This document shows, piece by piece, positions 40,925 to 54,015 of a stretch of 64,000 nucleotides of DNA. The notes under the pieces were generated by a model. The model was given only the letters and a program-made list of their open reading frames with translations, ran no database searches and had not been told where the DNA came from. Within the stretch, counting starts at the first letter, position 1, and every line of letters starts with the position of its first letter. The position numbers were made by a program, and so were the translations under genes. The DNA is taken from the NCBI RefSeq assembly GCF_036321535.1, contig NC_087437.1, positions 45,944,001 through 46,008,000 on the forward strand, in the 5' to 3' direction. This stretch comes from Camelus dromedarius. Lineage: Eukaryota.

Positions 40925-42635
40925 GTACCATCTTTCTTCTCTAGGTTACAATGTGGTTAACAAATAGTCCTGAAAACCTTAATAGTTTACAACAGTCTCT
41001 TAAATATTTTGGGCTTATAACTCCTTGATACTCTTAAAATTTGAGGATCTCAAAGAACTTCTGTTTGCATGAGTTATAGCAATATTTACTACATCAGAAA
41101 TTGAAGAATCTTTAAAATGCGTATTAATTTGTCTTTAAAATAAACCAACTACACATTAACAAATAAAATTTTTATTAAAAAATAAACTACATTTTTCAAA
41201 AAAAAAAAACAAAACAATAAAATTTTAAGAAGAATATATTTTAAAAATGTCTTTAAGGCTTGCCTTAAAAGAAGACACTAGAGTACAACATCTGCTTCTG
41301 CATTCAATCAGCTGCAATATGTTATTCTGGTTGAAATAAATGAAAAAAATCCAAACTCACACAGGTATGTAGTTGGATAAGGAAGGAATACTTCATGGCT
41401 TTTTTGAATAGCTATGAATATTATTCTTTGATTCTGTATCAAAACTCAACAAATTATAGTGTCTTAAAGGTTCACTGAAGTATAGAGTCTTAAATTCTAT
41501 CAATTAACTTCTGTAATGTTACATTAAAATCCATCAGTCTGGCAATATGAGTCGGTCTTTTACCCATATATACTTTTGTAACATTATTCATCAATCATAA
41601 ATATTGGTCCACTGGATTTGGTATATCTCCCAAAGGTTGGTATCTGATTATACAACACCGTTTTTAAAAATTACACTCACTCCTGTCACTACCAAGCTCT
41701 TTCGAAAAAGCCTAAGTACTGGGATCTGTCAAACTCACACTGCCTGATAATTTTCTAAAATTTTAATTCACCCTTGAAACTCAGACTTTATCATTGGCAA
41801 CAAATACTGTCAGTTGTTCTCCTTGAAGTAAAGGCTCACTTCATTTGAGGAAATGTCTGTCAAATGCCCATGTCAGAATAACCCTAAAGAATCACTGTTT
41901 CAAGTGAAAATGACATTCCACAGGAAGAGGCTAGTTCAGCTGATAACTCAAATAATCACACAAGTACGTGTTTCCCTGTGACTCATACTTCAGCATGCAG
42001 AAGTGCTTCATGTAAAGAGACTTGTAAAGAGATGGATACTCAAGATCAGATACGTTTAATTAATAAGTTTCACTGCTTCATCAAGGACATTCTCCAGTAC
42101 AATTGTTTTTTTGTTTACTATAAATAAATGATGACAAATAGCAAAATGTGAAGCAACTGCACTCATTTCCCACCACCACTTGTGAACCACAGTGCAGTGT
42201 CAACACAGTAAAAAGGGCACTCCATATCATTATTAAAAAATAGTTTTAACCCTGAAAGGGTCTTGGGTTCAGCAGATAGTGCTTTGAGAACTACTGGCAT
42301 AAAATACTGGAATAAAAATATATTTCTCATTTTTGTTGACTTTGGGTTGGCTACAGTTACCTTCTTCATTCTGGAATCCTGGCAAAATAAAAAGCCTTTA
42401 TCTGGCACCTGTTCTTGTGGCAGAGGAAAATGAGCAAAAATCAATTCATGCAATGGCTTTTAAAGTTTCTGCTTAGACATGACTTATATCACTTCTCATC
42501 TTCTACTGAATATGGTCAAGTCGCATGGCCAGGCCTGGTGTCAACAGGAAGAAGGAAGTACTCTCCTCCCATAGGTAGGGACACTGTAGAGAGAAGTCCA
42601 GTAAAGAAAGGAAGCAAATAATTTAGAATACTACT
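40925..42635 (-). mobile_element. MLT1J-like MaLR LTR, split by a Charlie1 insertion
   Basis: ctctaggttacaatgtggttaacaaat at about 40938. Resumes at about 42300 with ...ttctgcttagacatg...caagtcgcatggccaggcctggtgtcaacagg. Confidence 0.6.
40993..42296. mobile_element. Charlie1a-like hAT DNA transposon
   Basis: actcttaaaatttgagg..caaagaactt; atctgcttctgcattcaatc; ttggcaacaaatactgtcagttg; ends ccctgaaagggtctt...ctttgagaactactg. Confidence 0.8.
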
Positions 42636-42639
42636 ACTT

Positions 42640-42830
42640 ACCAGAAGCAGCAGCTCTGAGTCCCTCTCACCTCCACACCAAACAGTACCATATTTCTCAG
42701 TGGACAAACTGCCACCTGGTAGCAAGCGGATAACACTTAAGATCTTTCCATCATGAAGGAACTTATCTCCATGAAATACACACTTGGCTTTTGTAAACAA
42801 CCTTATGTTAACTACCCCGGACACAAGTCC
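42640..42830 (+). mobile_element. Continuation of the ERV-L integrase
   Basis: gacaaactgccacctggtagcaagcggataac...ccatcatgaagg resembles DQPATWWQVDYIGPLPSWKG. Confidence 0.65.
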
Positions 42831-43029
42831 ATTATTTGTAACTGTCTTATTCTGAAGGGAGAGTAAGTTTTAGGTTCTAAAAAACCAACCCACATACCAA
42901 CTTAGGACACAAATCTTTCATAAACTGTAGCTCTTAGGTTAGAGCCTGTTAGAGCTGTTTGAAGTCGAAATACAAAAGGAGGTATATTTGTCCACGTTAC
43001 GTGGACAGTTAAGTAGTGTTGTGGATATC

Positions 43030-43610
43030 CATCATATTCACCACTACTAAAAATCTCAACAGACTTTCTGGATATTTCTACATTTTATTATCCATCATCT
43101 AATGTATTAATGTGATTTTTAATTTGCTCCCATAATCGCTAATGTAGAAATCAGAACTTAAAATTCCCAGCCTCCTTTATACCTAGAGACACAGAATATT
43201 ATTCTACATCTATTATATAAACCTCCAAGAGACTCTTAATTTGGAAGTAAGCAACAAGCAGAATTTCCATTTCTAAGCCCAAGGTAACAGATACAGTTGG
43301 CTTTTGAAGGTGGTGGCAGCAATATTAGCCATTTTCTAGTGGTTACAATGTAGAGCTGTCACTGAAACAGCACCAGAGCCAACAGTAGTAGTGTCTACAA
43401 ACAGGCTGAGTACCCGACATGCAGTGCTCAGCAGCAGCAGCTTTCTCAAAACCAGTTCTGTAGTACGGTTTTGGGAAATGTTCCCAGAGGCTTGGACTCG
43501 GATCTGTATCTCTATCACTCCCCAACGACTCTGTGAGCTACCTAATGTACTTTAATAATTCCCTGCTCTACAACAGACAGGCTGAGTTGTTTATAATAAA
43601 GAGCTATGAT
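43030..43610. mobile_element. Old ERVL-class LTR fragment
   Basis: aaattcccagcctccttt...ctagag...; ctctgtgagctacctaatgtactttaataattccctg. Confidence 0.45.
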
Positions 43611-43814
43611 TTACAATACTTGTATTATTCCTATTTCACACATAAGAAAACTGAAGGTTTAGATGGTTTAGATGGTTAGGTATCTGCTGACATCTGGTTT
43701 CTTAGATTTGAAAGCTCAGACTTTGCTAATTTTATATTATGCTAATTCTACAATTAATTACTTAAAATAGTTCAGGACAGCGACTGAAACAAATTAATCA
43801 TCATCCTTCTAAAG

Positions 43815-44408
43815 CAAGAGGTGGCAAACTATGGCTCATGGGCCAAATCCGACCTGCTTCTGTACAATCCACAACCTAAGAATAGTTTTCACATTTTTAT
43901 TTTCTTATTATTGTTTCATTTTTTTAACATTTTTAAACATTTTTATTGAGTTATAGTTATTTTACAATGTTGTGTCAAATTCCAGTATAGAGAACAATTT
44001 TTCAGTTATACGTGAACATACATATATTCATTGTCACTTTTTTTTTTTGCTGTGAGCTACCACAAGATCTTGTAAATATTTTCCTGTGCTATAGAGTATA
44101 ATCTTGTTTATCTATTCTACATTTTGAAATTCCACTCTGTCCCTTCCCATCCCCGCCCCCTTGGCAACCACAAGTTTGTATTAAGAATAGTTTTCACATT
44201 TTTAAATGGGGAAAGGGGGAGAATGTAAAAATTACATGAACTTCAAATTTCAGTGTCTATCATAAATAAAATTTTACTGGAACACAGCCATGCCCATTCA
44301 TTTACATACTGTCTATGGCTGCTTTCCCATTCAACAAGCAGACTTGAGAAGCAGCCTAAAATATTTACTACCTGGCTCTTAACAGAAACAGTATGCCAAC
44401 CTCTGCTC
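43815..44408. mobile_element. MER58B-like element interrupted by an L1 3' fragment
   Basis: gaggtggcaaactatggctcatgggccaaatcc...aagaatagttttcaca | ...ataaataaaattttactggaacacagccatgccc...tgccaacctctgctcta. Confidence 0.8.
43900..44181 (-). mobile_element. Camelid-type L1 3' UTR fragment with long TSD
   Basis: Reverse complement matches the 3' UTR at about 27800-28060. Flanked by TAAGAATAGTTTTCACATTTTTA at 43877-43899 and 44182-44204. Confidence 0.9.
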
Positions 44409-45061
44409 TACAATTATTCTAAAATAACTGAGGAAATGCCAATGTAAACTAATACAACAATAGGTATATATGTATTTTTTTCACTCTTGATTAGCTATTT
44501 TGAGAATATAAGACATCAAACTGCAAAATTTACCCCATAGTTAAAGTTCAACCAGAAAGTTCAATTTTTTTTCTCTCATTTACCGGCTTCTACAGCAAGG
44601 GCAAACACATCAAATTAAAAGTTAGTGTCAAAAAGTGTTATTTTCAGGACAATAACCAAGTCACCAAGAGCCAAATGTACCCAACTATTCCTTGTCTCTA
44701 GAAATTGAAAGTAAGGGAGATTTTTAAAAAACTGCCGTGAAGGTTTTTTTTGTGGGGGTGGGGGGTGTAGAACAGGATTCAAGATTACAAAAGAGGAGCA
44801 AGTAAGTTTAGTGTCAAAAAGGTTGACATTCTGCAGGGGATAAAGAGTCCTCAATTCATTAAAACTAAATAAAATGAGCTGAAACAGGAAATTCACAAGT
44901 AGATGACTGGAACATGCAGCACTAAGAAATGCTCATAACAGGGCACCTTCTCTGCTTGCCAAAATCCAGAGCCCCAAAGTCACCAGATCAGTACAGCTGA
45001 AAATCGACCAGTCCCTAATTCGGTCTTCCTCTTTCAGCATCTACAAAATGAGGTTACCTAA

Positions 45062-45101
45062 CAAAAACAAAACAAAACAAAACAAAACGAAACAAAACAA
45101 A
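45062..45101 (+). repeat. (AAAAC)n simple repeat
   Basis: Directly visible. Confidence 0.9.
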
Positions 45102-47039
45102 AAGTCCCACTGAAGTACTTAGATTCATACATTGTTTTTCTGCCATGTAGTTTAACGGTATTTCAGAAAAAAAAAATTCCCGTTTGTTAGTAGTATTCCT
45201 AGTTCTATCTCGACTTAACTTTATAGAAATGACTTCACTATATGGAAAAAAGTAAGTCATGTGTAAGCCTTTATTCAAGTGCCATAGAGACAGAAGTCAC
45301 AGAAAGTAGTTACCTAAGGATTCTGTGCCACAGCCATAGTTCAGGCAGGGTGAGAAGGAAGTAGATACAATTATTCACAAATAAGGAGAAACAGTCACAA
45401 AGTTTTATATTTTACCTTCATTTAAAAATTAAGACACAAATTGGAACAACTTATGAGAATCTATGGGATCTGACCTTACCATATATAATACAAGTCTACC
45501 ACTGATGAAACGTTTGGAACATAAGTTGGTTGTTCAGAACTTACAATTCATTCTCCTGAAATAAGGTTATATATAATGTACTTGTTTCTAAGATAGCTCA
45601 GAAAAGGTAATAATAATAATAATTAATATTAATAATAATAATAAACCAAAAAGAAAAATAGGGTCACAGAATCAGAAATGATGCTGATTAAAAATGCTGT
45701 TCACCTTCTTTATTTCACAGATAACACAACTCTGGTGAAGAAACGTGAGTAACTTGCCCAGTGTCACCGTGGTATATAAATTCAAAGGTGGGAAGAGAGC
45801 CAGATACATGCTTAAAGGCACCACACTCCAATTTCCCCATCTCTACATATCAAATATTTTTTAAAGTCTGTATGTCTCAATATGGCTTAACTGTATCAGT
45901 ATGTATCAGGAGCAATATTAAAACAAACACTTGCATTTGATTATCTCAGTGATTTTGTTTATATAATAAAGTTGTAAGTAGGCTTAGTGAGAAACCAGCT
46001 GCACTCCAGAACACCTGTGGTACACCCCCTGCCTCAACTATGGAGATACCTCAGAGTAAGTTTTCACTATCCAAGAGTAAAGGGAGTTTTCCCACTAGAT
46101 ACAGTACTCTTTTGTCCTAAATACTGCTAAGTATAATTTGTTCCCAGTTGGTTCAAATGTGTAACAGTGTGAGGGTATTTCAGGAATAAATTAAATACAA
46201 CTGTAGAAATTTACAAGTTTTGTTATTTTACTAAATTGGCCTGGCTGTGCTGCAAAACTTCTTCCAAAGATACTCCCAGCTGTCACTCTTCCTTTTCAGC
46301 TTACAAGACTTTAAAGTTGCTACACTCACTCTAGATTATGCATCTTGCTTTTTACTCCCAGACGGCTGTCCTTGCTCTCTTTGGATTCTCCAGAGCCAAA
46401 GGACTGACTAATTTGAGACCCACTCTAAGCTCTTGCAGAAAGCTGCTATATTCATATTTATCTCCCTCACCTACTCAGGCAATGTTGGCCCCAAGTTCTA
46501 TATATTTCAGTTTTTTTTTCCTGTGTAGACATCTCCAAGCCCTCATTCAGACTCCACAGAGTTTGCTATCCCATTTACTTGATCTTGACTAGCCCTAAAT
46601 GCACTATTACTGCTTCCATCTCTCTCTGCTTTATTTCTCTTTTCCTCACAGCTTTCCTAAATGTGTTTCGCTCCTGCTCGTCACAATTTCTGCTCTTACA
46701 TTCCTATTCAGCTGATGCTACCATGCAGAACCACACTGCTTGAAGAGTGTTTTGCAACCAACACATGTAACATGATTGCCTTTTATGAACCCAGACGGTA
46801 AAAACTAACCTGCCCAGTGCCTCAAAACTGAATTAACAGCAAGGTCAAGGTTTAATACAATGTAAAGAAATTCCTCACCAACCAAGCAACCACCTTACCT
46901 AGAATTTTATCAAACACTGTATCAAAAATAATTTAGAGGAACATATAAGAGTGAATAGAACAATGCTAAAAAATAAAAATTTAAAACTAATGCATAAGAC
47001 AAATAAGAACAGAAAAGTAAATGAAAGTCACAACAAATC

Positions 47040-49170
47040 TTAAGCTTTCCCAAAGAAGATATACAAATGGTCAAAAAGAACATGAAAAGATACTCAGCAT
47101 CATTAGGTATCAGGCAACTGAAGTCAAAACCAAAGTGAGATACCACCTCACACACATTAGGATGGCTATTATCAAATAAACAGAAAATAAATCTGTGCAT
47201 CAACATACACAATCAAGTTTAAAAAAGGCAACTTAGGGAATGGCAGAAAATATTTGCAAGTCATATATCTGGTAAGAGATTAATACACATAATATATAAA
47301 GAACTCCAACAATTCAACAACAAAAACCCCACAAATAATCTGATTTAAAAATGGATCTGAATAGACTCTATTCCAAATAAGACAGACAAATGACCGACAA
47401 GCATATTAATCGATGTTCAAAATCACTAATTAGGGAACTGCAAATTAAAATAATATCATCACACATCCATTAGTGTAGTTATTATAAAAAGAAAAACTCA
47501 CACCAACAGAAAGTAAGTGTTGGCAAGGATGTGGAGAAACTGGGACCTTTGTACACTGTTGTGAATATGCAAAATGGTGCAGTTCCTATGGAAACAGTAT
47601 GGCAGTTCCTCAAAAAATTAAACTGAATCACTACATGAGCCTACAATTACACTCCTGGATATATACTCAAAGAAACTGCAAGGGTCTCAAAGAGGTATCT
47701 GCACACCCATGTTCATAACAGCATAATTCACAATAGCCAAAAGGTAGAAGAAACCCAAGTGTCCATGGACAGATTAATGAATAAACAAACTGGGGTCCAT
47801 ACATCCAACGGAACATTATTCAACCTTAAAAAGGAAGGAAATTCTGATAAATACTATTTTATATATATATTAACCTTGAGGAACATTATGCTAAATGAAA
47901 GAAGCCAGTCTCAAAAATACAAATACCATATGATGCCACTTATGAGGTATCTAGATGCCAGGGACTGGACAGAAGGGAATTTAGTGAGTTGTTTAAAGGG
48001 TACAGAGTTTTAGTTTTCCATGATGAAAAAAGTTCTGGAGACTGGCTGCACAACCATGTGAATGTACTTAACACAACCAAAAGGTATATTTAAAAATGGT
48101 TAAGATGGTAAATTTTATGTTGTCTTAACACAATTGAAAAATAAATAAATAAATAAATAACAAGTGTTGGAAAGGATATGGATAAGTTGGAACCGTTGTA
48201 AAATGGTTTAACCACTGTGGAAACAATATGGTTGTTTTTCAAAATATTAAACATAGAATTACCACCTGATCCAGCAATTCTGGGTAACTACTCAAAGGAA
48301 CAGAAAGCAGCAACTCAAACAGATATTTGTATACCAATGTTCATAGAAGCTTTCTTCACGATAATCAAAAGGAAAAAATAACACGTGTTTATCAAAAAAT
48401 GAACAGATAAGAAAAATGTGGATATACCCACAACAGAATATTGTTCATGTGGTATGCACAACAGAATACTATTTGGCTATAAAAATAAATGAAATGTTTT
48501 TTCACCAATAGTCAAAGGTACAAACTTTCAGTTATAAAATAAGTAAGTCCTGAGGATGTAACACAAACATGATGACTATAGTTAACAATACTATACTGTA
48601 TATATGAAAGCTAAGAGGGTAAATCTTAAAAAGTTCTCATCACAAGGAAAACAAAACTATTTGAGAGGATAAATGTTAACTAAACAATAATTATTGTAGT
48701 AATCACTTCATATTATATACATATACCAAATCATTATGTTATACACCTAAAATTTATATAGTGTTCTATGTGAATTATATCTCAATAAAACTAGGGGGAA
48801 ATTTTTTTTAAAAATGAAATTCTGGTATATGCTACAATACTTAAGATGAACCTTGAGGACATTTTACAAGCGAAATAAATCACACACAAAACGACACATA
48901 TTCTATGATTTCATTTATATCAGGCACCTAGGATAAATAAATTCTTGCAGACAGGAAGTAGAATAAATGTTACCAGATCCTGGGAGAGGAGAGGAAAGAA
49001 GAGGTATTGTTTAATGCGTATAGAGTTTCTGTTTGGGACAATGAAAATGTTCTCGAAATCGATAATGGTGATGGTTCACAATACTGTAAATGTACTTAAT
49101 GCCACTGAATTGTACACTTAAAATTGATTAAAATGGTAAATTTTATATTCCGTATATTTTACCACAAAAA
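47040..49170 (+). mobile_element. Cluster of nested L1MA/L1MB-type 3' ends
   Basis: Three L1 3' termini. The host (47050-47190) resumes at 48156 (aataacaagtgttgg). Inserts at about 47191-48155 and 48510-48800. Confidence 0.85.
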
Positions 49171-49459
49171 CTCCAGGCTTTTAGCAGCAAATAAAAAAGG
49201 AAGACAGATAGACAGACAGACAAACCCTAAATCTGCTAAGATGCAAAGGCACAGCCATAGTAAGAAAAAGACTGTCCTGTCAATGACACCACAAAGACAT
49301 TTCTATCCTAAGTCCTCATGAAAAGGACACTGATACACGTGAACAGCACTGTTAACAGTTTAACATTATGCATTTAACATTCTCGTCCAACAGGCCTTAA
49401 TACACCTAAGTGGTCTATCTCAGGACCTTCATAAAATTTCTGAATATGGCTACAGGCCC

Positions 49460-49585
49460 ACAGTTTCCAAACAGACCACGAGGCACCCGAGGGTACCAGA
49501 GTGAACTCACAGGGGCAACACAAACTATTTTAAACTTGAGGAGAAAACAGTGATACACATACTGTATCAGAAGCCACAACTATTC
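49460..49585. mobile_element. Charlie2-like hAT terminal fragment
   Basis: cagtttccaaac...gaggcacccgaggg...gtgaactcacagggg...attttaaacttgaggagaaaacagtgatac. Confidence 0.55.
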
Positions 49586-50883
49586 TGTAAGATTTAAACT
49601 GATTTCTAAAAGAATTTTTTAAAAAAGTACATAAATTAAAGAAAGAAGAAGTCACAGTCAACTGTGTGTCAATAACAAACAGGCCAACATTAGTATAATG
49701 GAAGCTGCAGAAGGTTGGAAAGAAAGTAATCTTAATTTGTTTGAATTCTATTAAAGTATAAACCTACAAATCTAAGAAGCTCTACAAAATCCAAGCAAAA
49801 TAAACAGAAAACTGCAATAATTATAAACAAAATTACACACATTATAATCAAACTGCTGAAAAAAATCGTAACAGCAGCCAGGAAAAACCCAATAAATTAA
49901 ATATGAAGGAACAAAACCCTGTAGCCTGCCCATCAGAAATCAGAAATAATGCAAGGAAGAAATAATGGAAAGAAGTCTTTAAAATATTTAAGTAAAAAGG
50001 TGACAACACATAATTCTATATCCAGTGAAATATCCTTCAAAACTGAAGGTAAAATAAACATTTTATCAGACAAACAGAAGTTAATAGAATTACCCACCAA
50101 CTGACCTGACTAACAGAAACACTGAAGAAAGTTCTTTAGTAGAAAGAAAACAGAAGTAAAAACTCAGATATACTCAAAAGAATGAATTCCATAATTGGTA
50201 AACATGTACTAATATAAAAAAATTCTCTTCATTTTAAAATTCCTCTAAAAGGTAACTGTTTAAAGCAAAAACAATAATATATCTGAGTTTGTAACAACTA
50301 TGGAAATAAAATGTAGAGCAAAAATGGTATAAAATCGGACAGACTATAGTAAATTTATACACAAAGTATTATAATTTTACTTGAACACAGACTGGAAAGT
50401 ATGAAAAAAGTCAACTGTAGGGTAACAACTTAAAGAGTATACAAAGAGATACAGTCAAAAATCAATATGGAAATAAAAATGGGACGCTAAAATTTACTAA
50501 ATCAACCAAGAAGGCAAATTTAAAAAGAAAAGAAACAATTTCAAAGTAGTATTCTTAAAAGTTCAACCACATCATTACATTAAATGTAAATAATCTAAAT
50601 CCAATTCAAAGACAAATTGTCAGCCCAATTTTTTTTGAAGACCTAACTATATGCTGTCTAAAAGAAACCCAGTTTTAACTGTAAAAATACAGATCAAAAG
50701 TAAAAGAACAGAAAACATATACCATGCAAAAATTAGACATAAGGAAACCAAGGTTGTTGCATTAGTATCAAACATGGTACTTTTATAAGGACTAAGAAAA
50801 GCATTTCATAATGAGCAAGTGGTTAATCCATCAAAAAAGACATAAAAATCTTAAACATGTGCACCAAACAACATAACTTGGAA

Positions 50884-50886
<3 letters not shown>

Positions 50887-50919
<33 letters not shown>
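50887..50919. repeat. (TG)n microsatellite
   Basis: Directly visible. Confidence 0.95.
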
Positions 50920-50922
<3 letters not shown>

Positions 50923-52175
50923 AAAGCTAACAGAAGTTAAAGGAAAAATAGATCACACTTGAGTTGGAGATTAAAACTCTTCTCTCTGTAAATGATAAGA
51001 ATCCTAAGAATACATAATATCTGAACACCTCACCAACCTGACTCAAACTGACATTTAAAGGAAACACCCCACGCACGAGCTATAAAATAGATATAAAATA
51101 TTTAAATCAGAGTATTTTCTCTGATCAAAGGGCGAGACATGTACAAAGTCCTCAAATATTTGAAAATCAAACACACACCCTACAAAATAAGCCAAGGGTG
51201 AAAGAAGAAAACAAAGAAAATTAGAAATCATTTTGAATTAAATGAAAATGAAAAGAGCTTATCAAAATTTATGGAGTGCAGCCATAAAGCAAGACTTAAA
51301 GGGGAATTTGTAGCCCTAAACTGCTTTCTATTATTCAAAAGAACTGAGATTAGACGCCACTGGTATAAGCTTAATAAGAAGCTAGAAAAAGAGCAAATTA
51401 AATTTGGTAAATAGAAAAAAGAGTGGGAATCAATGCAATAGAAAATGGACACACAACAGAGAAAAAGCAATGAAATAAATGTCTGTCTTTGAATAAATCA
51501 ATGAAATGTATAAACTCTAAACTCATCAAAAAATAGACATACTTCTAATCATAAGATACGAAAAAGGTAATTTAACCACAAATTTCACACTCAATAAAAG
51601 AATAACAAAAATATTAAGATAATAAATTCTGCAATTCAAAGAAAAAAATTATTTTGAAAGACACTAATTACCAAAATGGAGACAGAAAATCTACAGCACC
51701 CCATGTCTATAAAAGAAATTTAATATGTTATTTTAAAACCATGCCACAAAGAATCAAGACCCAGATGACTTTCTGGTGAGTTGTATCAAACATTTAGAGA
51801 AAATACCAAACCTACACAAACTCCTTGGAAAAACAGAGAGGACAAACATTTTTCAATTTTTTTTCTGAAATTAGCTTTACCCCAACACCAAACAAAAACT
51901 ATAAATCAATGTCCCTCATGAACACAGATGAAAAAATTCTTATAAACTATCAGGAAATTAAATCAACAACATATAGAAAGGATAGTATATTATGACTGGT
52001 TGCAAGCAAGGATGGCTTAACACTTGAAAGTGTTAAATAAAAGGAGAAAACACATATACGATCATCTCAGTAGGTGCAGCAAAAACCTCTGACAAAATCC
52101 AATACCCACTCACAATGAAAGTTCTCAGCAAACTGTAAATAGAAGAAAGTATCATCAACATGACAGAGTCTCTAT

Positions 52176-52410
52176 GGGGGGTGGAGGGTGGGAAGGGATA
52201 GACTGGGATTTCAAAATTGTAGAATAGATAAACAAGATTACACTGTATAGCACAGGGAAATATACACAAAATGTTATGATAACTCACAGAGAAAAAAATG
52301 TGACAATGAGTGTGTATATGTCCATGAATGACTGAAAAATTGTGCTGAACATTGGAATTTGACACAACATTGTAAAATGATTATAAATCAATAAAAAATG
52401 TTAAAAAAAA
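52176..52410 (+). mobile_element. Camelid-type L1 3' UTR fragment inserted into the old L1
   Basis: Highly similar to 27833-28060 (gggatagactgggatttcaaaattgtagaatagataaacaagatt...caataaaaaatgttaaaa). Confidence 0.9.
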
Positions 52411-53609
52411 TGATAGTCTTTAGAAAAACCTGTAGCTAACATCATACTCACCAGTGAAAGACAAAATTCTGTGCCCTTAAAATTGAGAACAAGGCAAGAA
52501 TGTCCTGTATCACCAACTCCTACAAAACACTGTACTGCAGACCCTATGCAGTTGAAATAAAGCAAGAAATTAAAGGCATACAAATCAGAAAGAATGAGTT
52601 GTCTTTATTTACAAATACTATGATCATACACAAAGAAAACTGCAAGAAATCTACCACTCTTTCCACCCCCAAAAAGCTGGTTTTTGACAAAGGATAGTGT
52701 CTTCCAACAGATGGTACTGAAACAACTGGATATTCACATGGTGGAGGGAGAGGGGGAACTTACCTCATAGCATATACACAAAAATTAAATCAAAGTAATT
52801 TAATGTTTGATTTCAGACCTAAATGTAAAAGCTAAAATGCTACAACTTTTAACAAACAACATAGTATAAATCTTCTTGGGACACAAAGAACATAAATCAT
52901 GTAACAAAAAATGTATAATCCATGTGATCAAAATTTAAAACTTTGACTCAAAAAAAAAAAAAAGACATGAAAGGAATGAAAAAGCAAGCCATATACTAGA
53001 AAAAATATGCTATGTAATTCTGACAAAGACTTGCATCCAGAATACTATAAAGAAAACTACAACAATTATATGAAGATACACAACTCAAATAATGAGCAAA
53101 ATATTTAAACAGTTCACAAAAGATTTAAGAATGTCATCAATGAAATGGAAGTTAAAATACAAGGAGATAACTACAAAACATCCACTAGAACGGCTAAGAT
53201 TAAACAGGTTAGAACTTCCAAGGTGGAGAAACTTGGCAGGAATGTGAACTGGTACAACTACTTGGGAAACAGTTTGGCAGGTTTGTGGTTTGTTTTGTTT
53301 TGTTTTTTAATAATATTAAACAACACTTACCAAGTGACCTAGCAATCCCATTCCTAGGTAAAAAGAAGTGAAAATATGTCCACAGAAAGACCTCTACACA
53401 AATATTCATTAGCCAACAGCTTTATTTCTAATTGTTCAAAACTGGAAACAACATAAACATTCATCAACAGGTGAACGGCTAAAAAATGGCAGTATATCCA
53501 TACAATGGAATGGTACTAAGAAAGGAACTAATTACTGATACAGACAACAGCATGATGAATCTTAAAACTGGGGGGAGGGGGAGAGGAGCCAGGCACAAAA
53601 AGAAAACAA

Positions 53610-54015
53610 TACTTTCTATTGCTGCTGTAACAAATTACCACAAATTTAGTAGCTTTAAACAACCAAATGTATTATCTTACAGTTCTGTAGGTTAGTCTGA
53701 CACAGGTCTCAAGGGCTCAAATTAAGTCATAAAAGCAAGGCCACATTCTTGTATGGAGGCTTCTACGGGGAGAGCCATTTCTTTGACCTTTCCAACTTCT
53801 AGAGGCAGCCCACATTCCTTGGCTTAAGGCCCCTTCTTCCATTTTCAGAGTCTACTTCGCTAAACTGTATCTCCCATTCTTCACTAGTCATCTCTCAGAC
53901 TACAGTTTTTAAGTATTCAAGTAATTATAATCTGTAAAACCCAGGATACTCTCCCCATCTCAAGTCCCTTAACTTAATCACATCTACAAAAACCCCTTTG
54001 CTATGTAAGGTGTGG
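53610..54015 (-). mobile_element. MLT1D-like MaLR LTR
   Basis: ttgctgctgtaacaaattaccacaaa...ttacagttctgtagg...ttctagaggcagcccacattccttggct...aacttaatcacatct...tatgtaaggt. Confidence 0.8.

Larger units (their letters stand above)
49650..53600 (+). mobile_element. Long degraded old L1 (ORF1 end, ORF2, 3' end)
   Basis: aattctatatccagtgaaatatccttcaaaactgaagg (ORF1 end); acattaaatgtaaa and ctatatgctgtctaaaagaaac (endonuclease); cccagatgacttt..ggtgag; gaacaaggcaagaatgtcc (RT). Confidence 0.85.

Noticed and set aside
44622..44821. 14-bp direct repeat TTAGTGTCAAAAAG, 186 bp apart
   Set aside because: No poly-A, TIR or recognisable element between the copies; only two copies, compatible with chance or an old local duplication.
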